A DNA stretch of 64,000 nt from Psammoneis japonica (Eukaryota): the NCBI GenBank assembly GCA_008632985.1, contig QPGO01000034.1, forward strand, positions 387,311 to 451,310. Direction: 5' to 3'. Both the position numbers and the translations under genes were made by a program. Under the pieces are notes generated by a model. It searched no databases. It was not told the DNA's origin and was given only the letters and a program-made list of their open reading frames with translations. Below, piece after piece: positions 13,601 through 25,117 of the stretch (its first letter is position 1; every line of letters starts with the position of its first letter).

Positions 13601-15217
13601 AAAGACGCAAGGAAGAACTTCAAAGCAAAGGTTGCTTTGATTCTAGAGGCAGGCGAAGCGGCGCAGTGGATTGGTTCCGTTTCGATTGATGAGCTTAGCA
13701 AAATGGGCGGTGACGCAAACCGCCTATATCAGCTACTTGTCGAAGGGAAGAAGGCAAACTCGTTGATGCTTGATGGCACAACTCTCATCGCCACGTCCAA
13801 ACGCAGTGATCTGTTTTCATCAAAGCAATGTGAACTTCTCAAGAAAAGAGGCGACGAGTTGGAAAACCAGAGCATTGTTGAAGCAAATCGTGTGTTGGAA
13901 GAGGCGAAGAAGCGCGAGAAAGAAGAGGAGAAACGGCGTGAAATGGAAGCTATGGCGAGCTTGATGCCGCGAGGAACTATGGTCAAAATCCACGGACTAG
14001 TAACGGAGAAATCACTCAACGACGCACTCGCAACGTTCATGGGCATAGGACAGAACAAGCGTTATATCTTGCGGCTATATAGAGACGGTAGAGAGGTCGC
14101 ATTGAAAGAAAGTAACTTCACCAAATGGGATCAGTCGAGTTATGGATTCCCTACGGAATTCGAAGGTAGAAGTTCTGCCAAGGTAGATCCGAAGCCACGC
14201 AGTAAAGGTTCTCATGCTGCTCATGTAGCACGTGAAGACGTTACTGAAACGAAAGGTCTCGATATTCCACGCACCGGTAAACGAGTTGCTTCGCCGGCAT
14301 TGCATATCAAGAAATCTGCAGGTCAAGGACCGAAGCTACGTGAGCAGGAGCACTGCTTGTCTGAAACGAAAGGCCTCCATGTTCCATATACGGGTAAACC
14401 GGTTGCTTCACCGGCATTGCCTGTCAAGAAATCAGCAGGTCAAATCCACCCGAAAGGACCGACGAAGCCACGCGAACAGCAGCACGGCTTGTCGGCAGCT
14501 CAGGTTTCACCAGCGAGGAAAGCTCGTACGGCGCATGATCACCACATCCCACGCAAGAAGACCCCAAAACGTTGCAACATGCGAGCGAGGTGTCGATTTC
14601 TTCGTATGGGCCCGAATGTATGCAATTACTTTCACCCACCTGAAGAAATTGCTCTCGTTCATCCACCTCACCAATCTCCTGAGGCGACCATGCCGACCGC
14701 ACACACTTCTGACAGCTTTGCCAACCCTCCCCCAATCGATATGACTAAATTCGCTGAGATGGAAGACAAGTGCGCAGCAACGATCGCCGAAGAAATGGCA
14801 AAGGATTACTTGCTATCAAGTCAAGGAGTATCTTCCGAAAGCTCACTGCTCTCATCGGTGGCATCTACGTCACCGGGAATCATTGGTTCGGGACTAGGAA
14901 TTACTGATCTAGCTTCTTCATTGGACAAAATGTCTGCGGCACCCTCAGCTCGTGTTACTCCGGTATCATTGTCTCCAACTGTACCGCCCGCAGATGAGCT
15001 CTTGGCCTTTCTTTCGTCGCAGGAAGCTTGTTTCAAGTGTTTGCCACAGGTATTCCATAGCTGGCTTGAGTCGGAGGATATTTCATCTCTGACAGATTTG
15101 GCTGAAGCAGTCTCCGATTATGACTATGTGGACTCGGAGATGGTGAAGAACGGTCTAAAAAAATTCAAACGCGGAGCCTTCCGGAAGTGTGTTGTGGATG
15201 CAGTTGCTAACATCTAG
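10690..15217 (+). CDS. Large multidomain DnaJ-family protein: two J domains, C3HC4 RING, CCCH finger
   Basis: J domain 1 FRAAAIREHPDK; RING CAVC...CTHSVCKAC...CLQC; J domain 2 YRQTSLK|VHPDK formed across intron 12502-12588; CCCH CNMRARCRFLRMGPNVCNYFH. Further introns at 11606-11674 (in-frame, probable) and 12989-13094. Confidence 0.8.
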
Positions 15218-15480
15218 TAGAAGTAGTACGGTAGAGATCTGGTCTCTCTCGCTAGAGAGAGAGAGAGAACATTTAGGAGAGCGCAAAATGCTCATGAGGG
15301 GTGGGGTTACTACGGTAGCAGCAGTGTGTAGTAAGCAAGCCATAGCATTGATTTTTTTCAATGCCTTACTGTACCGTATTAGTCTCTACTAGAAGTAGCT
15401 AGCTAGAGAGTAGAAGTAGAAGTACTCTCTAAAAGAGAGTAGTAGAGAGTAGAGATAGAATGAAGTACTTCTACCTACTC
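15218..15480. repeat. TAG/AGAG-rich low-complexity intergenic tract
   Basis: Runs such as ctagagagagagag and agtagctagctagagagtagaagtagaagta. Confidence 0.7.
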
Positions 15481-17207
15481 GGCGGTGACAGCCAGCGGCT
15501 GATCATTTTTTGTTGCGGACGACGGGCGGGCGGGCGACCAGAATTGGAGAGTCTGTCCGTCTGACAAAAACGTATGACGATTCCCGTAACGTTTACAGCG
15601 GTAATCTCGACGTAGGATTATACGAACATTGATCTTTAGTACGTTTTTACATGGGTGAACATTGGTACACTTTTTAGTTGATGCTGAGCGGCACTTTTGC
15701 TTCGTTTTTTGCTCGCCATCATCTCTCTCAGAAGCTCGCTCTCAGGAGACACACCAAGACAGGTGAGTCAGTGACCGGCGGAAGCATGGGTGTTTTCTAT
15801 TGGTGTCGAGAATCCGCGTCGTTCTCGTGGTCTCTGTTGATTTCTGTTTGCATGTGTCGAATCATTTTGATTGCTGCGATGGCTTTCACTGTTCTCTTGA
15901 CTGTCAATTCGGTGTCATTTTGTTGTCACGACTTGAGCCGTCATCGCATCTGCGATTCCGTCACGCTACACGGGGACACGTAGGAAATGTACGAGTACGT
16001 GTTTCGTGTATGGCAGGAGGCGGTTTTGGTCGATCTTTTCTCGTCGGATAATTTGTTCTGTTTCTGCTTGCGTGGCGAAAACGATGGTAGGAATAGCACT
16101 CTTTGTTTTCGCATTCTCTGTGTTACTGATATCTCGACAACTTTCTGTACTGCGGTGATGTATTGCGTGTATTCGATCATACCAGGGTAACAGCTTCTTC
16201 CAGCCAATCTCAGTCTTGGCTGAGGATCTTTTTCCCGCGTCCGTTGGTCATGTCGAATCTTTACTTCGTTGGTGGTTGTTGGACTTTCTTCCCTCTCTCC
16301 TATCTCCTGAAACGTTAAAACTAACCGCGTTCATACCACATCCCGTTTGAACCAGGAAGTAAGAAGTTCTTAGAGTATTAAATTGTGTTGGCATTGGGGA
16401 TACAGTTCTTTCTCTTACAGACTTGCTCGTACCGAGTAGAAGAAACAGGTCACTTCCTGGGCAGATTTACTTGCTGTGATTCTAGAGAGCGCAACTTCTC
16501 TCGCCGTGCTCAAGTGACAGGCAGAGGTGCGTATCTTGAGTTCCTTTGCAATCAGATCGTGGATGTGCCGCGAAGTTGGATCCGTCATTTCGCTTCTCTC
16601 TTGTTCAGAATATTCTCGTTGATCAATGCATCATTCATGCCTGTATGTTATGAATTTAATGCCAGCTCGCTTAACGGAATTCTCACATTTTTTTCTCTGT
16701 GGCTTTTGATTGGCTCTTGTTGACACCTCACTGACGCCACTCCAATCGCTGTACTGTGTTCCTACGGGCTCGCTTACGTACGATTGTTTTGTACGACAGG
16801 GGCAGTACAATAGCTTCTAGTATTGTTTCTACCATTCTGACTGACAGTTTTTTGACAGTCACGCAAGGCGTTTTTTCGTCAAATCACACCACGAAAAGTC
16901 TTGAAGCGACCGTTCCCGTCGCTGCAGTTGCATCAAGACGTTGGGTGTTCGCTTTCTGAGCATTGCATTTTTCAAAACGGTGTCTCTTCTCTTCAACAAG
17001 TTCACCTCAAGCCGGAGCTGATCCGCGATTGCTCCCATTCCTACGGTGCCTTCTAGCCTCTCTCTCTCTCTGAAGTCTACTTGCGCGTATCCACCGTGGC
17101 GTTTTCCAACCAGAAGAACGTTGTTCCCCGTCTCCGCCCGTTCGAGGGCGGCCCCCCATTCGTGCGTAGTGCACCCCTCTCCTTTCATCCTACTTTGACC
17201 GTGTACA

Positions 17208-19596
17208 ATGTTCAACAGCAGCAACAAGGCGCTGGATCTGCGGGATTCATATAGAGGTCCAGGTCTGAAGATCTTTGTTAGAGACGTGCGGGACAAGCAA
17301 GGACGCAAGAGAGCTATCACCGTTCGGTCATGGTCTACAGTGAAGGATGTCAAGGACGTGCTCCGTACGATTCTCAATGTACCATCGAGTGCTCTTCGTC
17401 TTTATTACGGTCCGCTAATGACATCCGGTGGTGAGCTTCCGAACCACCGCACTCTGCATGATGCTGGAATAGATCGCGACAATGAGACTTTGCTTCTTGA
17501 AATCAGAGGAGCTGCATATGCGGGCATTTCTTCCAATGTAGCTTCTATTTCTTCCCTCCGACCATCGGCGGTGAGCGATGTGTGCCTCTCCTCGTCGATG
17601 ATTAATTCGACCCCGAAGGCGCTCAAGGGACTCGTACAGCAGGCACGACGTGGATTCAATATGGGTTTGAAGCCTGAACTGGTACTTGATGGATCAGGAG
17701 GTACTTATTTCCTTCACGACGTACGGAAGGTAAAGGTCGCAGTATTCAAACCAGCAGACGAAGAACCGTACGCCGAGAACAACCCGCGGGGATATGTGAA
17801 CCACGGAGACACGTCTGAGGGACTTCGAGCTGGCATTTTGCCGGGAGAAGCGTGTCTCCGAGAAGTTGCTGCCTTTCACCTTGACCACGATCGTTTCAGT
17901 GGTGTGCCCATGACAACACTTGCCGAAGCTCGGCATCCCGCTTTCAACACAAACGGGGCGATGTTGAAGGTTTCAGAAGGGGGTGCGTCAATCGGTTCTC
18001 ACTCCTTGGGAAACACCGGCCGCGTTACAGACGAAAAAGCAAAGAAGGTTGGATCGTTCCAGGAGTTTGTAAGAACAGAATGTACGATGGATGATATGAG
18101 CCCAAGCATGATCAGTGTCGATGAAGTTCACAAGATTGCGATACTGGACATTCGTCTCATGAATGCCGACCGCAATACAGCCAATTTGTTATGTAGACGG
18201 AGACACGATGACTCTCTCGAACTCGTACCGATTGACCATGGGTACTGTCTGCGATCAGTGTGCGATGTTTCATGGATGGACTGGTGCTGGCTAGAATGGC
18301 CTCAACTCAAACAGGTGAGTTTCGTTCCAACCGGTGTTGCGCACTGACTTTTTTCGTCAAGATTTTTTTCTCAATTCATCGTTGTACGTGTTTCTTTCAC
18401 TAAAGCCCTTGAGCGACAAGAGTAGGAGCTACATTTTAAAGCTTGACATCGAGAAGGATGCTGAGTTTTTGAAGGAACAGTTGAATATATCAACTACGGC
18501 CCTCGACTACTTCCGAGCTTCGACAAAACTACTTCAAGCGGGGGTGAAGGCCGGCTTGTCTCTCTACGATATTGCGATAATGTGCTGTCGTAATGACGAT
18601 GCTGGTGAAGTGCCTTCAAAGCTTGAAATTCTTACGTCAATGGCGTCCGAGCTTGCGTTGTCAGTGGTGGAGAACGGGAGGTGGAATCATGCGACCGCTT
18701 CTAAAGCTCTGGCCGAGCAACTCTCACCCAACAGTGGAAGCTTGCTTGGTTACAAGAAGGATCTCGATTCACCCCGAATCGCGAAGTCAGCGTCAAGCCT
18801 AAACTTCTCGTCCTTCATGGAAGAAGCCTTCGTGGGGTTGACCTCTGAGGAAGTCGCCCGGGGCGATGCTCCAGCTATGACGCAGTCATCATTGTCAGAC
18901 AGTAGCTCGGATGTTGGTGATGCGACGATGGAGCGAGAAGAATGGGCTGCATCGGTCATTGCGGATATGGGCATGTCAGGTCTGGACCTCGCCCTCGGCG
19001 CTGCAGGTATCTCGAATGAACTTTCTGATACAAGAGACGATTGTTCCGAAGATTCTTCTACGAATGACTCCAACAACCATTCACAATTCTGGGTGCGTCG
19101 CCCAGGCAGTGATCACGAGGATTGTTCAGATGATGACACAACGTCATGGTCGCCGCGCCTGTCGCCTCAGAACTCTGTGACGTTGTCAAGAGCTATCTCA
19201 GCAGCGGAATCCGGCGGCGACAACGAAGCGTTCACGTCGCCAGCGGTTAGGTTTGTAGATGCATTGCCTACGGCGCTCCTCCCACTGCCTGCAACAGTTG
19301 ATGTGACCTCTTTTAAGAGCAGCAGTGTCTCATTCAAGGAAGAAACCGAGAAAGCAGCTGGGTCTACTGGTTTCTCCAGGCTTCGCAACACTTTAAGAAT
19401 GAAGAGAAGTCAGAGCTATTCTGCAATATCTGGGTTGCGATCGTCCGGCATTGATGATGAAAGCGATCGGGGTGTGGCGTCATATCCTACAAATGACGAT
19501 GAGCATTTTCGCGACTATGTAAAGAAATTTGTAGATCTTGTTATCGATAGAGAGATGACGGTAGCGACGACACACAAGGAAGCTCTTGCAGCGTGA
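17208..19596 (+). CDS. Type II phosphatidylinositol 4-kinase gamma-like protein with N-terminal ubiquitin-like domain (intron 18315-18405)
   Basis: UBL (TVKDVK...LRLYYG...[13 protein letters not shown]); kinase motifs [51 protein letters not shown]. Confidence 0.92.
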
Positions 19597-19646
19597 TTTA
19601 CCAGCGCAGAAGTTATAATGAATGGTAATTTTAAGGATTTCATTTT

Positions 19647-20560
19647 TTAGATTCCGACTTCCAGATGTAGGAGAGCCAATGCTACTGTATTTGACCATTG
19701 CACTTCCACGAAAGCCCCCTTTCTTGCCGCTTCTCGCAGTTCAGAAAGGCTTAGCTTGGTTTCATCCTGCGGCTCCATGTCCTTTGCCCCAACTTCGTCG
19801 GCTTCTTCCGCACCCGCTACTACTAGATCTCCCCGAGGAGGATGGGAAATGGCAACAGGGTGACACTTCGTTGCAAGAAAACTATGCACAAGTACGTAAA
19901 AATCATAAGAGCTTGAGATGGCATTCCATTTGGATTGCGCTCTTGCAAGCTCACCAATAATACTCACGGAAACACCCAACCCGCACCTCTATTGACATCT
20001 GTACGAAATCTTCCAAGAGAATGAAATTTCTCGCAAAATTTTCCTGTCTCTTCCTCCACTTCTCGCCTAGCAGCTGTCTCGGCTTCCTCGCCAGGCTCAA
20101 TGATTCCGCCAACAATCGCCAAGGACGTTCGACCTTCCAGCGCATATTTCGATTGCTTAAATATAAGAAAGCTTCTTTCCTTACCAGGCTCATTCTCATC
20201 TTCTACTAAAACATTGATGCGGTTGTGGTAGTCGATCCACAGCCAGTCATCGATTAATGCGTCGCTTCCAGGTGCTCGTATTGTGTGCTGCTGTACTTTG
20301 AGGAACTTGGACTCTACGAGGCATTCAACCTTGATGGTATCCTCAGTTCTGTAGACCTCTCCACGATATTCTCCAAGTGATATTCCACATTGACCATTAC
20401 CGTTCCGTCTGGGAAATACAAACTCGTTCAGTGCCAGGATACCCAAAAGAGCTAGTGTTGCGATGGCAAGCTTTATGCCACTCGACATTTCGGGGAATCT
20501 ATTAATAATAGTCTGAACCTTCTTTCGTCTAGATTCCTTGAACGGGTTCTTTCTATTCAT
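19647..20560 (-). CDS. Nudix hydrolase with N-terminal hydrophobic segment (intron 19882-19967; start uncertain)
   Basis: Nudix box GGIIEPGEEAETAARREVEEETG. A GTGAGT...CATAG intron joins GWVFP to FLATKC in frame. Confidence 0.85.
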
Positions 20561-20739
20561 TGAGAAACCCAGGGCTGCGAGCCACAAGAAATGAATTCAT
20601 ACACTCACCGTTCACCGTCTTCTGCACAACAAACAAACCGCAACAAACAACAAGACGCGACGCGTTTCAAAAAGTGAAAACAAAAAACATGAACTGTGTG
20701 AAGCAGCGTGTCGCGTGTCGACGTACGTACTGTACGCTC

Positions 20740-21430
20740 GTTGCGTTACTCTATCTCAATCAAACCTACTGTACCTACCTCTCTCTCTCTCTCTCTCTAC
20801 TACATAGAGTAGAGTAGTAGCTACTCTAGAGAGCAAGTTAGTAGCTAGAGTAGCTAGCTAGAGAGTAGAGAGAGAGAGAGTATTCGAATATTCCAGCTAC
20901 GGTAGAGCTAGGCCCTACTGTACTCTCTCTCTCTCTCTCTCTCTCTCAAGAGAGAGAGAGAGAGAGAGAGAGAGTAGGGTACCGGTAGATAGAATAGTAG
21001 GACTTTTATTAAATAGGATGAGCTTTGTACAATGGAGGCAACTCTATTAATACTTCTAGGATTACTGTTACGCTACGGGCTGTTTGCACATTAGATAACC
21101 CCGAAGTAAAAACAGATTCAAACTCGTACCGTAGGTGTGGCCGAAGCGACCGCCATCACACTAGGGCCCTCTAGGACCCTACAGTATCATAGCTTATGTA
21201 TGATGACTCCATCTGCCCTCTATTCTCTAGTAGAGCTACTGTAGAGTCTACTAGATCTAGTAGGCAGTAGGGAACGAGAACAGTCTACCGTAGCTACCAA
21301 AAGGTAGAGCGTTATTTGGCCTCGAGTGTCTAGCTAGAGTGTCAAGTTTCTCATTCTATATAGTCTACCTCTAGCTAGAGTAGTAGTTTATCTATCTACC
21401 GTATCTGTCGATAGTGTACCGGTAGTGGTC
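20740..21430. repeat. (CT)n/(GA)n microsatellites and TAG/CTAG-rich spacer, including a perfect 27-bp inverted repeat at 20921-20976
   Basis: Read directly from the sequence. Confidence 0.85.
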
Positions 21431-22034
21431 TGTCACCGCACGGTAGAGACTGGATCGACAAATAATAGACTAATGTCATGATTGCACTGGCCTGAAGAGA
21501 ATAGAGGCATTTCGGCTAGACTACACGCACCTACATTCCGTAGGTGGATAAGTCGCCAAGCAGTCAGTTTCCCAGCCAACTTTAAGGCGTGAGCGCTTTC
21601 CGAGCTTCCGCCCTTCGTTAGCGCTTCGCTCAAATATTCGTGCATATCTATATTGTTTCTGCCCCCCAAAAGTCCACATACGGCATGTGAACTTTTTGAG
21701 AGAGGATACGGAAAGATGAAACATGAAAGGGGCTAAAAACAAACTATGTAACCAAAAGCGACTCGTTTCATTCAATTTCAAATTCAAGAACAACACATGC
21801 ATCAATCGAATCAAAACATGGTAACACAGACTCTAGCATCAAAGCGCTCAATCGATGAAGATGAAATTAGCAAACACTTCGCGCCCCGAGATTCAACATA
21901 AAAGTACTTGAAACTCAAACATCAATTGTTCAATAGAACGCTTCAAGTCAATACAGCCACAATAACAAAACTTGCAGGAGCCGGCAAGGACACGACGAGA
22001 GGCAGACGCGACAAGCCGTCACCGCAAAACTTCC

Positions 22035-24315
22035 TTACAACATGCCCGCTGGTTTCTCCCACTGAGTTTCGCCTGTTCGCTCGTTGTAGTAGTACACTTG
22101 ACCATCAGCAGCGGTGGCAGACTTCCACGGAGAAGCCATTGGTGCCACCATCGACTGAGGCTGTTGCGCATAGGGATACTGCTGTGGAACCCCTCCGTAT
22201 GGCTGCTGCGGTGCCTGAGCTTGATACGGTTGTGGCGGCTGACCGTATTGGGGAGCTTGGTACTGCTGACCATATGGCTGATGGGCGACTGGCGCGTGTT
22301 GAGCAGCAGGCTGGTGTTGATACTGCGTTGGTGGCTGATCATAGCCGCCTTGTTGATAACCTCCCTGTTGATATCCTCCCTGTTGCCCACCGTATCCTCC
22401 ACCGGGAGCTTCACGATTGAGAAGCATAAGTTAGATGAAGCGTCCAGTAAGAAAGCACACACCAAACGCATCTTAAGGAACACTTACGACCTCCTCCTGC
22501 GTATGGGTGGTTCGGCCCAGTCTCGATTACCTCCCGCAGCATCTGCTTGGCACTCTCGATGCCTTGTCTCGAGCCCTTCAGCGTAATCTGCTCGGGAACA
22601 GTGACAAAACAACAGGGTAAGTTCAGTATCGGACAGATTTCGACCTCGTGAGAGCTAGTCGATAACAGCGTTCGTTTTCTCTTCTGCTTACTCTACAATC
22701 CTCGTGCGGAGCAACATTTTGGTCGATCTGAATGTCACATCCGGATCTCTTTTGTAGGTCGTTGATCGTGACACCCTTTTGGCCGATAATGCGGCCCATG
22801 TACATCTTGGCTGCAGGGAAAATTTCGACCTCTGTAGCACTGACACCACCATACTGCCCGCCACCATACTGCCCAAACCCACCAGAATGCTGTTGGTAGC
22901 CGCCGCCATAGCCCCCTCCAGCCCCGTAGCCCTGACGTTCTTGGTACCCTCCGAACCCCTGCGCCAACTGCATATTTTGTCCCTGGTTAGGAAGGTTTGG
23001 GTACGGAGGCCCCGATCCCCACGTCCCACCATTCTGAGTTTTATCGTCCACCAGCATGTTGATAGCTGTCATTGCATCCATCATCGGATTGGCCACTAAA
23101 AACATGATCATCTCTTCCGCTTTGACGACGGCTTCTTGTGTTCCGGTAATGGTAATTTGACGCGACGAAGGATCAATACCACTAGTGCCACTGTGGTCGA
23201 CCTGGATTTTGGCTTGACTGCGCGTTTGCAGATCTCGGATCATATCCCCGCGACGACCAATAACTTTTCCGATGGAACTGGATGGAACTACAAGGTGTTT
23301 CCTTGCAGCCGCACCAAGTGGAAGCTCGTTGCTGGCGTGGCTATTCTCGGAGCATAGCATCGCCACAAGATGCTTGCCAAAGTCCACAGTCTTGCGAGTA
23401 CCACGATAAGTGATGATTCTGGGTTGCCCTGGAGCCACGTTCTGATCCACGTCAATCCGACAGCCGGACCTCGCCTGCAAGTCGCGAATCATCTCACCAC
23501 CTTTGCCAATGACGCGACCTACGTACTGAGGTGCGAGTTCTCCGCGCTCTTCCACTATCGAGTTGGGGTTTACCACTGTCGCCTGCGCTGTGGGGTCAAC
23601 CGGACTAGCAGTCGTAATTCCTGGAGCAGCAACAGGGACAGGAGCCGCCGCTACGGGCGTCGCTGCTGGTGCTGCTGCCGGTGCCTGCACTGGCGTCGTC
23701 GTTTCGGTGGCTTCTGTATCAGGTACAGACGCCTCCTGAACTGGCTCCGGTGCTGCCGCCGCAGCCCCGCCGGCGGGAGTTCCGACTGGCTTTTCAGCCT
23801 CTACTTCTTTAGATTCCGTCGCAGAGGCAACCTTGGTATCACTCTCTTCGGACTTAGGAGCACCGTTGGTTTTCTCTGAAGTAGCTTCTGTCGCTCGGCT
23901 TCCCGTAGCTTCATCATCACCAAAGAGATCCTCTTCGCCGCCTGCTGCGCCTCCCTGTGGTGAAGGTTCTTCACTTGCGATATCCTTGGTGGGAGCATCC
24001 TCAGCATCCTCAACACCCTCTGTCTTGGCGGCCTTCACTGGTGGTTCTTCTCAATCACAATTATACAGTACAGAAAGTTGAAAAGAGAAGGACAAGTTGG
24101 GTAAGACGCTGCAAAAATCGCTTACGTATGCATTTCAGACGACATTCCAACCATGTCAGGCAACTCTTTAATGGGATGCAGCTCCGTTGTACGGTACGTG
24201 GAAGCTCGTAGAAATTGTACCGGCGAACCTGAAACATACCTGAAGTTTCCTCGCCTGTGTTTTCACCAGCCTCCTCATCAGAACGTGGGCGTTTCTTGCT
24301 TTCTTCTTCTGCCAT
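22035..24315 (-). CDS. KH-domain (x3) RNA-binding protein with C-terminal WW domain, FUBP-like (4 exons)
   Basis: KH motifs VGRVIGKGGEMIRDLQ, IGKVIGRRGDMIRDLQ and MGRIIGQKGVTINDLQ; Gly/Gln/Tyr-rich linker; WW domain PWKSATAADGQVYYYNERTGETQWEKP. Splice donors near 24239, 22691 and 22487. Confidence 0.9.
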
Positions 24316-25117
24316 AGCAAAAAAGGTTGTTCAGCGCGTTGAATGGAGAAAGGAAGGTACCTTAGGCTGCCTTAGGAGGTACTAAGTAGGGAATGACAGC
24401 ACCTGCTATCTGGTGTACAGTAAGTATGTGCCTTGATCGAGGGTGGAATGAATCGACGATCGGACGGTGGAGCGCGATGAGCGAGTCTCGCACGCGGCGT
24501 CCTTCCGCGCGAGGAAGAGATCTGGCTACGAAGTACAAACTGTACTCTACTCTAGAGAGTAGAGTAGCTCTTCTAGAGCAGAGAGGACCTACTCTAGCCC
24601 GCCCTAATGTTTCGTACACCTGTACAGGATGGTTCCAGATGTGGCCTTCCTGGAGACTGTAAATCAGGTCTTTGCTATGTGACCAGCGGCTACTTCAGGT
24701 GAGGTCGCAGAAAACTCGGAATGAGCATTTCGAAAGTTATCGTGTAACACGTCCTTACTTTTTTCCATGCGCCGTCGTCAACAGCAAAAAGCCACGTGGC
24801 TTTGGGTTTCTCCTTCCAAGCTAGTGCCTGATCAACTTCTCTCTCTCTTCTTTATTTGCCAGTAAATTTGGTGAACTTGTGTACTGTAGGGCTAGCTACG
24901 GCGATTTGGAGCTTTGGTCATGAAGTAGCTCGCTCTCTACTCTAGAAGCTACATACACTACTTAATACATCTTACCCTACAGCAGGAAGTTGCAGTAGAT
25001 AAAACTGAAGCAAGAATAAATCCACTAACTCATAAGCTCTATAGAAATATCATTTCTGCCGAAACAAACTACTTCGTATAGTACTGCGCAAAAAGACAAC
25101 ATCAAACGTTTTCTGCC

